From Octopus sinensis (Eukaryota): a DNA stretch of 64,000 bases. Under the pieces are notes generated by a model. It made no database searches, was not told the origin of the DNA, and was given only the letters and a program-made list of their open reading frames with translations. Positions 50,004 to 62,092 of this stretch are shown here, piece after piece; position 1 is the stretch's first letter; every line of letters begins with the position of its first letter. The stretch spans positions 175,894,001 through 175,958,000 of the forward strand of contig NC_042997.1 of assembly GCF_006345805.1 (NCBI RefSeq), written 5' to 3'. The position numbers were made by a program, and so were the translations under genes.

Positions 50004-50188
50004 TGACCTCGTGAGCACCACCAGCAATTTTTTTCCTCTGTCTTCCCTTCTCCTTTGTTTCCGATGAAGAGCTCCACTCGAAACGTTAAACCCTCCTTCT
50101 TCCCTTCTTTCCTGAGCGTCCAATAATACTTTATTTGTTCCACGTCCTCGCGTTGCTGTGTTTTTTTTGTTTTCTTGTTTGGATTAAC
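50004..50188 (+). mobile_element. Short hammerhead-bearing repeat, copy 2
   Basis: Homologous to 41024-41213. Confidence 0.7.
50057..50091 (+). ncRNA. Putative minimal type I hammerhead ribozyme (CCGAUGA core variant)
   Basis: GUUU-CCGAUGA-A-GAG-CUCCA-CUC-GAAA-CGU-U-AAAC; stem I GUUU/AAAC, stem II GAG/CUC, palindromic stem III ACGU. Confidence 0.55.
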
Positions 50189-50351
50189 TATATATATATC
50201 ATCATCATCATCGTTTAACGTCCGCTTTCCATGCTAGCATGGGTTGGACGGTTCAACTGGGGTCTGGCAAGCCCGAAGGCTGCACCAGGCCAGTCAGATC
50301 TGGCAGTGTTTCTACAGCTGGATGCCCTTCCTAATGCCGTACACATATAAA

Positions 50352-51640
50352 TTTGTATATATATATATATATTTATAGGAAAATGTGTTGTTGAAAATGC
50401 TCTTAAATTCCAAAAACTCGTAAATATTTAAAATACATTTATTTACATATATACCAAACTAGTTTCAACAATATTTTTTATTTACCAATGGTAAAATTGT
50501 AAAATTAGAAAAACATTGTTATAAGTATCAATGTTGACAAATCAAAATGTTACAATGTTGATAATTTATCATGTTCAAAACAGAAGGTGTAAGTTTGAAA
50601 TTAAAACTGTATATTAATTTGTTAGAATGTACAAGGTTCCTTAATTTCAGTGGTGGTTGACAAGTCATACTGAAAAAAAAATGTGTGAGAATTGAAATAG
50701 TAAAAAAAGTCGGGGAAATTACGGTTTCTCAGATCTTCAGTCATTTCCACTTGCAATGGTATGTTTTAGGGAAAGATGTATTTGTAAATTTTTTTCTGTG
50801 AGCGGATCTGATTTTGATTTGTTAAAAAAAAAATTGTCGACTTCTTTCTTCCATGCTCAAGCTTGTCGTTCTGCTTGGTTGGTTTCCTTACAGGATATGG
50901 TTATAGGTCGTTCCTGTTGGTTGGTTTTTCTTAAAGGATCTTTTCATTGTATTCATTGAAGTTTCGTTTTGATTGATTTGGAATTATGCAACGTCAGCAA
51001 CTGGTGTTTGTGTGGTGATTTGAGCTGCTATTTTGAAACCCTGGTGGAAGATTGTTACTAAAATTTTATTGCTTTTTGGGTTGAAATTGGGTTATTTTTC
51101 TCTTCTTTATACTGCTTTTTCTTCTTTCTAAAGGATATTTAGCTGTGGTTTATATTTTTTAATCAGTATGTTTTCCTTATTTAAACATTTTGATTTGTTA
51201 ACATTGAAACTTATAACGATGTTTTTCTATTTTTACACTTTTACCATTGATAAACAAAAAAATATTCTTGAAACTAGTTTGGTGTTTGTGTGGTGATTTG
51301 AGCTGCTATTTTGAAACCCTGGTGGAAGATTGTTACTAAAATTTTATTGCTTTTTGGGTTGAAATTGGGTTATTTTTCTCTTCTTTATACTGCTTTTTCT
51401 TCTTTCTAAAGGATATTTAGCTGTGGTTTATATTTTTTAATCAGTATGTTTTCCTTATTTAAACATTTTGATTTGTTAACATTGAAACTTATAACGATGT
51501 TTTTCTATTTTTACACTTTTACCATTGATAAACAAAAAAATATTCTTGAAACTAGTTTGGTATAAATGTAAATAAATGTATTTTAAACATTTACGAGCTT
51601 TTGAAATTTAAGTGTATTTTTAACAACACATTTTCCTATA
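50352..51640 (-). mobile_element. Penelope-like element remnant with ~210-bp inverted ends
   Basis: 50352-50570 is the inverted complement of ~51430-51640; minus-strand KCLNKENILIKKYKPQLN resembles the GIY-YIG C-terminal E-x3-I-x4-P-x-L-N motif; (TA)n flanks. Confidence 0.6.
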
Positions 51641-51680
51641 TATTTTTTCCTGCGTGGAAACACCACTCCCTCTTTTGCTA

Positions 51681-51717
<37 letters not shown>

Positions 51718-52529
51718 GTATATATATAGATAGATATGTATGTATATATATAGATAGATATGTATGTATATATATAGATAGATATGTATGTATACATCTT
51801 AATAATACTAAAACTTTAGATGTTTGTTTGTTCCCAAAATATCTCAGAAATAGTATATTTTATCTTCATTCTTTTTACATATATATTTTCATACTTACTT
51901 TATGCAGTGCAGTTTGAGGTTTCATTATATTTAGACCTCTATTTATTAATTAAAATGATTGAACACAGTTTTTGTTTATTTCTTTCTTGACAAAAAACAA
52001 ACATGGCTTCTGTGACGTCAACACATGTACACACATACAGAATAAACATGCATATAATGAATGTCATGGCATGTGAATCAGCACAAACTCACGTATGCTA
52101 TCTGTGACATATACACACACATAGTCCTTGTGCTCTCTCTCTATCACTCTCGAAGAATAAAAGAAGTCGACTTTTTGACGTACATACACACACTGACATA
52201 GAGAAACATCTTTTTTTGCAGATATTACCTATTGTTTCATAATATCAGATTTTATTCTATTTCATTCATTTGACATTTGTAATCTCTGTTATTTTGATTT
52301 AATTTTCTTAATAGAACATTACATACAAAACTAAATTCCTTCAAATTTATTTCATGGACTCTCAAGACAGCATTGAGTTGAGAATGGGGATACTCAGGCA
52401 TCATGGAATTCAATGTGAGATTGTTGAATTATTGGAGACTATATTAAGACAAAGAAACCCATATGTTGCATTATTTTGATTAGCTAAAGAATTGCTTAAA
52501 GACATGCCAGAGGCTTCCATTGTTATTGA

Positions 52530-52745
52530 TCCTGATAAGTAGAGTGTGTACCGTTTCATCTCGAAGTGGTGACCTCTACTATTTGAGGATGCTTCTTCAT
52601 TACATAAAGGGGCTAGTATCCTTTGATTCATTGAAGACTCATGAAGGAGATATGCTTCTGTAATTCAAAGATGCTTGCAGGGGGGATTACTGCAAGATGA
52701 CAATCATTGGAAGAAAACTATAGAAGACGCTGAGAGAACAGGGTG
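52530..52745 (+). pseudogene. Helitron Rep-helicase coding remnant
   Basis: ISRVCTVSSRSGDLYYLRMLLHYIKGLVSFDSLKTHEG..*FKDAC / GLLQDDNHWKKTIEDA matches the conserved Helitron segment (GE.YYLR.LL..V.G..SF..L.T..G ... AC...GLL.DD..W). Confidence 0.9.
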
Positions 52746-53319
52746 TGAGGAATACATAGCTTTAAGGAGGGAGGGTGATTGTGAAGTTGACAGTTGTTCA
52801 TGCAGCATTTCTGCTGTCCATCACACACACACACACACGCATTCATATGTAAAGCTGATAAAACACCGAATGGAAGCAAGGAAAGTAAAGGGTTTAATAA
52901 ATTAATATGCAGTGGTAAGTTTATATACGCTGTCATTCAGATCGTCAACCCACCACCACCCTCTCTGTTCTTTCTCTCACTCTCTCCTTCTCTACGATTT
53001 GCTGGAAATAACAGCCAAATCTTTCTCAATGTCACATGCTAACATTATAGAAATGAGGACACATTGGATAAGATGGAAAAGAATACATATGCACACACAC
53101 ACGTGTACATATTCCCTATAAAAGAACTTTGTTTTTCTCCCTCACCTTTCTTATCTTTTATACTTTTCTCCCACCTCTCTCTCTCTTTCATGACCCAATG
53201 ACCCGGAAGTTGTTGCTCTTCCATTACTTTCACAAATAGCAGTAACTTTCTTTAGCTGAGTACACACCATTGATTGGTTAAAATTAACCTAAATACGACA
53301 ACTTTAACATGAAATAACT

Positions 53320-53548
53320 TCATCATCATCATCATTTAACGTCCGCTTTCCATGCTAGCATGGGTTGGACGGTTCAACTGGGGTCTGGCAAGCCCGAAGG
53401 CTGCACCAGGCCAGTCAGATCTGGCAGTGTTTCTACAGCTGGATGCCCTTCCTAATGCCAACCACTCCGAGAGTGTAGTGGGTGATTTTATGTGCCACTG
53501 ACACAGGTGCCAGACGAGGCTGGCGACAGGCCACGCTCAGATGGTGTT
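53320..53548 (-). mobile_element. SINE family D
   Basis: Nearly identical to 50199-50338 over the shared part. Confidence 0.88.
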
Positions 53549-54743
53549 TTTTTAAAATATAAAATTTTGTCAAAAACGTTAAGAGTAAACCATGTTCCAT
53601 GTAACACATTCAACCAGTATCCGAAGTCTCAAACTGTTTAGTTAAAAAAAAAAAATTAAGAAATCTGTGATTGAGATTGAGGATCTTTTTGAAAAGGTCC
53701 GAGATTGAAAAGGTCCAAAGCTGGTTATATACTTACCTTTTGTACTTTTTCTATAACATCTTTTGTAGAAAACACAGCCCTGTCTGTGTGGCAAGAAGCT
53801 TGTTTCTTAGTTATATGGTTCTGAGTTAAGCACCACTACATGACACTAAACGGCTCCTTCTATAGTTCTCTATGTGTGTGTGTGTGTAACAGGAGTAGTG
53901 AGGTGAATAAGGAGAGGTAGTAGGTTAGCAATGGAGGGAGAGAGGGGAGCTGGATGAAGAGCGTTCGGCTGGAGGACAGGAGACAGTGGCAGTAGGCAGG
54001 CTATTACGGGAGTTGTGGGGTTAATAAAGGGATGAGCAGGGTACTTGATTCCACGCAAAAAATCTGAGTTTTTTTTTCTTTGGTGAAACTCGTGCGGGTG
54101 TTACTCTCGGTGTATATGTGTTTGTCCCCACCACTACCATCACTTGACAACCGATGTTGGTGTGTTTACGTCCCCCGTAACTTAGCGGTTCGTCAAAACA
54201 GACTGATAGGATAAGTATTAGGCTTACAAAGAATAAATCCTGGGGTCTATTTGTTCGACTGAAGGCGGTGCTCTAGCATGGCCGCAATACCAGCTGAATC
54301 TGACGGTGGAAGGGATTGGGGGAGAGATAGGGAAGTTATTCTCCCTAGAATGTGATGGAGGCGGTGGGGAGCGAGAAGACAAAGGCTGGAAGTGGGTGAT
54401 GAAATCATTTAACCATGCTGGTCTCCTGGTTACTCGTTGCATGGCTCAAAACTTTTTAATTAATTTTACTTTTGTTTTTCCTCCCCTTCAACAGACTGCC
54501 AATGCAAAGTCCAGCCAGGCCCTCGTGTAGTAGAAGTGCGATAATAGAAAAATGAGGGGCATTAAAACATCGAAGAGGAAAAAAATGAAACTGAAGAATT
54601 TAAGGTGTACCAAAATTAAACAGCAGAAAAAGTAAAGAAATAAATAAACACACACAAGAAAGAACAGAAGAACATTATAAAAATTTTTTTTAAATAAGGG
54701 AAAATGGTGGGAGGAAGGAAAAGGAATAAAAAGTAATTTTTCA

Positions 54744-55271
54744 GAGTAACACCCGCACAAGTTTCACTAAGAAAAAAAAATTGGATTTTTGCATGGAATC
54801 AAGTACCCTGACCTCCTAATACGCTGCAAATCCCAAATTTTGGTTTGGAAAAAGGGAGGGGTGCGAAGGGGGGACCCCACCCCCTAGTCCTGGATTCATT
54901 AGAAACTTTTTTTTTTTTTTTCGTTGAATGAATTCCTGTGACATCCTAATATGCTACAAAACCCTTTTTGGGGTCCAAAAAACAGAGTTGAAGCCTCGGA
55001 AATTTCACCCACTCCCATTGATCTCTTTAGGGTTAGGGAAATCCGTCCCAGATTCATTGGAAATTTTTTTTTTTCTTTTGTGAAAATCGTGCTGGTGAAA
55101 AGATCAATGGGGGTAGGGTGGGTGAAATTTCTGAGGCTTCCACCTCACCGCACTCCGTTGAATCCGGGACCGCCCCATCTTTTTCCCGAACCAAAATAAG
55201 GGATTTGCAGCATATTAGGTCAGGGTACTTGATTCCACGCAAAAAATCTGAAACTTGTGCGGGTGTTACTC
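54744..55271. mobile_element. Non-autonomous DNA element with long TIRs (GAGTAACACCCGCACAAGTTTCA...), superfamily unassigned
   Basis: Left TIR ~54744-54830, right ~55195-55271, internal inverted repeat 54990-55140; no TSD found. Confidence 0.65.
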
Positions 55272-56692
55272 TCGGTGTATATGTGTTTGTCCCCACCACT
55301 ACCATCACTTGACAACCGATGCTGGTGTGTTTACGTCCCCCGTAACTTAGCGGTTCGTCAAAACAGACCGATAGAATAAGTACTAGGCTTACAAAGAATA
55401 AGTCCTGGGGTCTATTTGTTCGACTGAAGGCGGTGCTCTAGCATGGCCGCAATCCAATGACTGAAACAAATAATATATATATACACACAAATATATTTAG
55501 AAAACAGTTATTTTATTCCACACGCAGGGCAGGCCTTAAGCCAATTGAACCGATTGCTCACAATCGGGCCCCGGGCCCAAGGGGACCCAGCGCTCAAGGA
55601 GACTACATCCTGTATTGCAACATTTCATGAAGGTGGTCTCCCCGAAGTTTAAAAAAACCCCACATAAAATGCTCTTAAAAAAACAACAACACTTTTTACA
55701 CTTTAGCAAAACAAGATACCAAAAGAACGCATTCATCCAAAATTACTTCGTTTAGCCCTGCTTGTATTCTTAGTAATTGTATGTATGCATGTGTGTATGT
55801 GAATATTTGGAATATTAAGGATGTGGTTGGATAAAATGTGTTTGTGACAGTATGCATGTAGTTGTTTAAATATATGGTGAATTGTATTTATATATGTGTG
55901 CGTATGTTTGTTTGTGTGTGTGTGTGAGTTACTGTAAATATACTTTGTATACGTTAAATTTTGGGGAGACTTTTTTTAATTCAATAAAGTGTGTCAATGT
56001 CCACCCGATTTCTCCTAGCCGTTGTTACATTTTAACTGTTATGCATCCTACTTTCATGCATGCACACTAGATTTTAAAAGCCTACAAAATAATATTCATT
56101 GCACAATATAACTGTTATTGACGAAAATAGACCAATATTTCTCAAAATTTCACTTTAATTCAACTATCTATCAAGGACACTTGGAGGCCCAAAATAGTGG
56201 AGGGTAGTCGGTAATACTTGAATGTCGAAAACATCACGCACTCCAAATGACTCAAACTTGGAAAATCAGCGACAAAAAAAAAAACCTTTGATTTGAATTT
56301 TTCAATGGAAAAAAAACTTTTTTGCACAGTATGTAATAACTGAGACGACTGAACATCAATATTCATTCGGGATTTGTGGAAGGCTCGTTGTTCGAAGGTG
56401 TACTTGATCTTCACTATATTGCGCGGCGTCCAACCATTCTGTAAGATGTCTGTCGAGCGTGAATAGTTATTACGACGGTGCGTACGAGGTCGTCAGTTGT
56501 TGTGATGGTTCAGGGTCACCGGTTTTTGTTCGAAGATCCAAGATCTCCCTTGGTTTTACTAAAGAGTGCTGTAAGTACAAGCACAAGTCACATACGCATT
56601 CCCATCTCTACACATACACGCTCCCTGTTTATACAAGTCACTCACAAACTAAACAAACACCGATCACACAATATTTATATTTCTTGGCGATC

Positions 56693-56852
56693 CTTCGGTA
56701 TAGGTAACGTAAGTACCGAAAGTGGCTTTGTTTACATTTCTGAAGATAACAGAAACCATTTTCTCCCCCCCCCCTAACCCTAATCCCCCCATATATATAT
56801 ATATATATATATAAAACACTTTCTTGAAATGTATCCGGTACCTATACCGAAG
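56693..56852. mobile_element. Small element with 14-bp inverted termini and an internal CCCTAACCCTAA/(TA)n module
   Basis: CTTCGGTATAGGTA / TACCTATACCGAAG. Confidence 0.55.
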
Positions 56853-57009
56853 TTACGCCTATTTCTTAAATTAAATTGATGTTGCTACTCTCGATCTTTT
56901 GCAAAAAGCCGCAATGGTTAGCTTACATCCAAGGCGAGAGCCGCAAGCACGGCAGTTGGAGTGAAAGTAAGAAGCAGTTTAAAAAAGGGTCAATTTGAAA
57001 TTTTTGTGG

Positions 57010-57389
57010 CAGGGCATTGAAGAGCTGTGGGCTTTTGAACCCTAGACTATTGTAGTACATTGGTATAACACTTGATGTTGAAATTAGGTACTAAGCCCTT
57101 CTAGGATTTTCCATTTGTATATTATTGCATATCTCTCATGTCTTTGCCCCAGGGAGAAAAGCTGGTTTTCTCAGCCTATCCCTGTAGCTCATCCACTGCA
57201 CTGTTCAATCTTTTTAGTGTAGTGGTGTTGGATTGCTTCAAACTCCACTGTCATTTTGGCATTATGTAGTGACCATAACTAGGAACAGTAGTCCAGGCGG
57301 CTGAGAACATAGGTTCTCCACAGGGTCAACATAGTTTCTTGGTCTCTTGTCTTGAAGGACCTCAATATCCATTCTGCCAGTTGTCTGCA
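57010..57389 (-). pseudogene. CR1/L2-type LINE reverse transcriptase C-terminal remnant
   Basis: CRQLAEWILRSFKTRDQETMLTLWRTYVLSRLDYCS*LWS...EFEAIQHHYTKKI, then MSYRDRL after a frameshift. Confidence 0.9.
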
Positions 57390-57843
57390 TCCAACCCATT
57401 CTTACTTTGGATGTAAGTGAAACCAAGCCCCAGTGATGAGTTGCAGAAAGTTTACTGCTTTTCACATACCAGAATCTCGCCTTCCCTCATTGTATGTGTA
57501 CTACTAAAAAACAGGAAATTATCTCTTGCGCCAAAAAACTGTAATTTGAGTTAATCTGGGGAAAAAACTTGGGAAGGAGGGCAAAAAAAATACCTTCTTT
57601 AATAGTGTTTGTTTTATAATTTATAATGTTTAAATTATACACATCCGAAATTGAATCCTTGGCGCTCTAGATACAAGGAACACCATACAGGCACACGCGC
57701 ACGCACACACACGTATACTCGCGCGCGTGGACATACACTTATATACATAAATATATACACACCAATACATTACTTGAGATCTTTTCACTTTGTAATAAAA
57801 GCTGTGTTAAAGAATTATTTTTTCCTTCATTCGTATGTGTGTG

Positions 57844-57895
<52 letters not shown>

Positions 57896-60251
57896 GAGGC
57901 GTTAATAAGATAAACTAATTTGATGATCCATTTACTATCCAGCACAAATACTTGTAGCGACTGTTTCGTGACCAGTGTTTTATTTACTACTAAAATAAAA
58001 ACTTACGAGTTTCTGTTGCTACTGCTGCTATTATTATTATTGGTTGACATTTAGATATTTGTCGTCTTTGTCCAGCGTTGGTAGTTTTAAGTCTTTAAAA
58101 GCATATTTCATTTTCAATCGTCCGATGGTGCCGTACTCAAGTATTTCAACCACTACCACCACCACAATTATTACAATAAAAACAATTTCACTAACCACTA
58201 CCATCTAATGTCCGGGTAAATACCACTGCTGTGAGACTTATTGTTTACTTATGAGAGAGAAAACCTAAAGCATAAAAGGCACAAGACTAATAAAAGAAAA
58301 AAAAAAAAAGGAAATCATATTCTAAATACGGTATTTAAAAACAAATACAGGAATAGAAGAAGGAACTTTTTATCTTTTATTATTTTGAAAACTTCATAGG
58401 ATGAAAAAAACAGAACACTAAAACAATATTTTCAGCAGTTTCTTGACTTTCCATTTTGCAAGTAATATTTATAAATAATATTACATATGCAACTCATTGA
58501 TTCTTCCATCGGATCTGTTTATCGTTTCCATTTTAAATATTTTACTATCAAATAAGATATAGTACCTTAAACTATGACTTCGAGTCCCAGGACAGGTAAG
58601 AATCAATTGTTGTTTACAAAACTTTTATTTACTAAGTTTTTCTTTCTTTACCACGCTGTCTACTTCACACGCTTTTCTCTCTGTATCTCTTTGCTTTATA
58701 TTTTCTGTGTATCGGTCTCTGCATTTCTCGTTTACACATACATTCTCTTCTCGCTCGCTCGTTCATTCTTATTACAATCTTTTGCCGAGTCTTTCAATTC
58801 TCTCTCTCTCTCTTTCTTTGCCCCCCCCCCATATCTCTCTCTCTCTCTCTCTCTTTCTTTGCCCCCCCCCCATATCTCTCTCTCTCTCTCTCTCTCACAC
58901 ACGCACACTGTGAAAAACACTTGTTGCACTTCGTTAACGAAACGTGGCCTGTTTTATCTGTAACTATGTTTTGATGTGGGTATCCGTTATCGTTGTTTGC
59001 TTTATTCTTGACGGATGGGATGTGGGGGTTAACAACTGTGTCTTCTTTTTGTTGCGTTTTTATTGACTGTGACTCCGATCGACCCAGTTCGAGCAGAACT
59101 AAAGAGTTGGTTACTGTGATTGTAGTTGGTATGCAGCGCCAGGTATGCCCTCAAGGACCTATAATCAAAGGCATATTAGCAATGGCCATCCGAACATGTA
59201 TCCCCAACTACGATATTCATTTTTTAAACCGTAGTGTAATTTCAAAATCCGGCTGTTATTTTTAGCAGGTCGAGCGACCACGTAGAAGTATATTGACTCG
59301 TAGCTGTTTATCTTTAACTAGAACACTAAAACATTATTCTGTTATGTCTGGGGAGAGTCATCATCTTTTTGTGCCTTATAATATAACACATTTACCGGTA
59401 AAATTCCACTTTTTTCTTATTTTTATTTTCCTAAAATAAAAATAAAGAATCTTACAAACCAAATCCAAAAACGAAACTAAAACATTATTTTCAGCTGTTT
59501 ATTGACTTTATTCTTCTGCAAGAAAGTTATGTATATGTAACTTTTTGGTAAAAGGTATTCCAACTATCATCTATGTGCTGAGAACCCAAGATACTGTTAT
59601 CCATTATCCAACGTGTCTTTTAAGACGGCATATGTGATTTGAAGAAGCTATGATTGTTATTTCTGGCGAGTCAAGCCGTCAAGTAGAGATCTCCCTTCCT
59701 CTTTGGCTCGTGGTTATTGTTGTATATTATATTTGCGTTGTGTGTGTAGTAGTTGTTGTTGTTTAGTCCCGCCAGCTCTTAGTCAGCAGAACTTATAGGC
59801 GAGTAGATAATCAATCGGTCGATAAAGTGCAATTCCCTGAACAATTTTCATACTACGTCTCTACCTCAACTAGGTAGAGGCGTAGTGTCAGATTGTTCAC
59901 ACCACACAGCATGTTACCTGTACTCCACTGTCCAATTTTTATTAAATACTTTTGTATGTTTATACATTATTGTGTCTACCGCAGTCTTTAGTTGGCAAGT
60001 GGATTCAGTCAGAGCGTGACATTCATTGTCCCAGTACAGGGTTTCGGTCTAATGAACTGATGCTATTTTCATGTGCATGTTTTTTTTTTATCCTCTGAAC
60101 TAAACGTACGCGCGAGTTATGAGGGAGACAGTGTTCTGTTATATTGGGAATGTCGTTGTTAAGCCCTAATATACATATAAACAAAGGCGATCCAGCAGTG
60201 ACCATTTTTTTTGTTTTGTTTTATCATAATTTTATATATATAAATCACAGA

Positions 60252-60408
60252 AGTTACTGTGTGGTAAGTAGCTTGTTTACCAACCACATGGTTCCGGATT
60301 CAGTCCCACTGCGTGGCACCTTGGGCAAGTGTCTTCTACTATCGCCTCGGGCCGACCAAAGCCTTGTGAGTGGATTTGGTAGACGGAAACTGAAAGAAGC
60401 CCGTCGTA

Positions 60409-60453
<45 letters not shown>

Positions 60454-60657
60454 GCGTGTGTGTCTGTGTTTGTCCACCTAGCATTGCTTGACAACCGATG
60501 CTGGTGTGTTTATGTCTCCGTAACTTAGCGGTTCGGTAAAAGAGACCGATAGAATAAGTACTGGGCTTACAAAAAAAGAATAAGTCCCGGGGTCGAGTTG
60601 CTCGATTAAAGGCAGTGCTCTAGCATGGCCGCAGTCAAATGACTGAAACAAGTAAGA

Positions 60658-60658
<1 letters not shown>
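60252..60658 (+). mobile_element. SINE family A, near consensus with CpGs intact
   Basis: Diagnostic blocks. Confidence 0.92.
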
Positions 60659-60702
<44 letters not shown>

Positions 60703-62092
60703 GTATGTATATGTGTGTGTGTGTATCTGAGATTGTCTTATATAATGTTTAAGATGATAATGTGTAATTTCGAAAAATTTACCTGCTGTTTCTAACAGAC
60801 CAAGTGACCACTTAGGGCCCTCTCGGCTCCTTGAGAGGTTGATTACCGATTTTTTTTTTCTCTCCTTTAGGATGAGTATTGTTTCTCAGTCTTAATATAT
60901 TCATAAAATTGTTGGATCGTTGTTTACCCTGACCTTCTCGTGTATAGTGGTGCACCCAGGACTATTTAATGTAAACTATCGCTTCCTATTTTCGACGATT
61001 GGGGTATTTTTTGAGGTTTTTTTTGAGGACTTTCTTTTGTTATCTATAAGCAGGTCGAGTCATTTCGTTGGTTACTATGTTGCATGGACTTGTTATTGAT
61101 AGTGTTTTGTTGTTGCAGTAGTTAGTGGTTTATACCCTGATCAACCCTGTTCGTTTTTATTTATTTATTTTTTTTTTGTGTGAATATGTAGGGCTACATT
61201 ATCTTGTGTTTCCAACACGATTTTTCCGAAACCTTAGGGTTCTGCGAGAAATAGTGATAAACGGATTACTTATTTACATTTTTGAATCAATATCGTTTTA
61301 TCTGTATCATACACGCACGGAATATGTTGATATCTGTTGGCAATAACTAGACCCGATGAGGGAATTGACTTCTTAACGAGGAATTTAGACGAAAAAATAT
61401 TTTAAGACAAAATATAAAACTTTTGTAACTGCTAAACATTTCAGTTTTTGGGCTAATCGCTTACGAAATTTAACATTAATGGGGTGGGGGAGATTAATAG
61501 AGCTGTTTCTATGCAGGGCATTCCACATGACATTTCATGTCGCAGGACACGCCCTACATAAAAGCGTTCCCAAGAATAAAAAAAAATTAGACACTGATTT
61601 GTGTCCGTTTCTAAATTGTAAGTTTGAGAGATTTCATTGCTATTTCTAGCATTGGCTTCTGCTTTTGACAATTGCTGTTTTTTAGTAACTATTTTCTTAC
61701 TGAAAAAATATTGTTTTTACGTTTATGAATTTGTGTTGCAAGATACCTGATGTGAAACCGTGTGTTGAAACAACATAACTAGATTTCTGCCCTCCCCGCC
61801 GACTTTGGATGATCATAACTTTGAGAAAAAAAGGATATTTTTTAATGAAATCTTCTACGAATATGTGTTATATCACGTAGATTCCGAATATACAAAACTG
61901 GGGGGGGGGGGAGTGGCAAGACTTCCTTTTGTACCACCTAAAACACCCCTTAAAAAAAATCTTTTTTCTACACAGATCCCCGTTTTCGGCTACGGAGAAT
62001 ACGAATCGCCAAAAACATTGGCAAAAATCGGCTTTTTGAAATTATCCCTCCTCCCTCTTACTTCTTCATTTTTAATTTTTTTCATAATTTTA

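Noticed and set aside
49464-50123. 219-aa minus-strand ORF
   Set aside because: Runs through purine-rich repeat, TA microsatellite and the HHR repeat; no domain similarity
56770-56790. CCCTAACCCTAA as interstitial telomere (also ~62380)
   Set aside because: Only two units, embedded in a mobile-element module
59766-59872. Open plus-strand segment with AG/GT ends that would join MQRQ
   Set aside because: Its start matches a decayed common repeat (TTTAGTCCC...GCAGA.CTTAT, also near 4480 and 27170)
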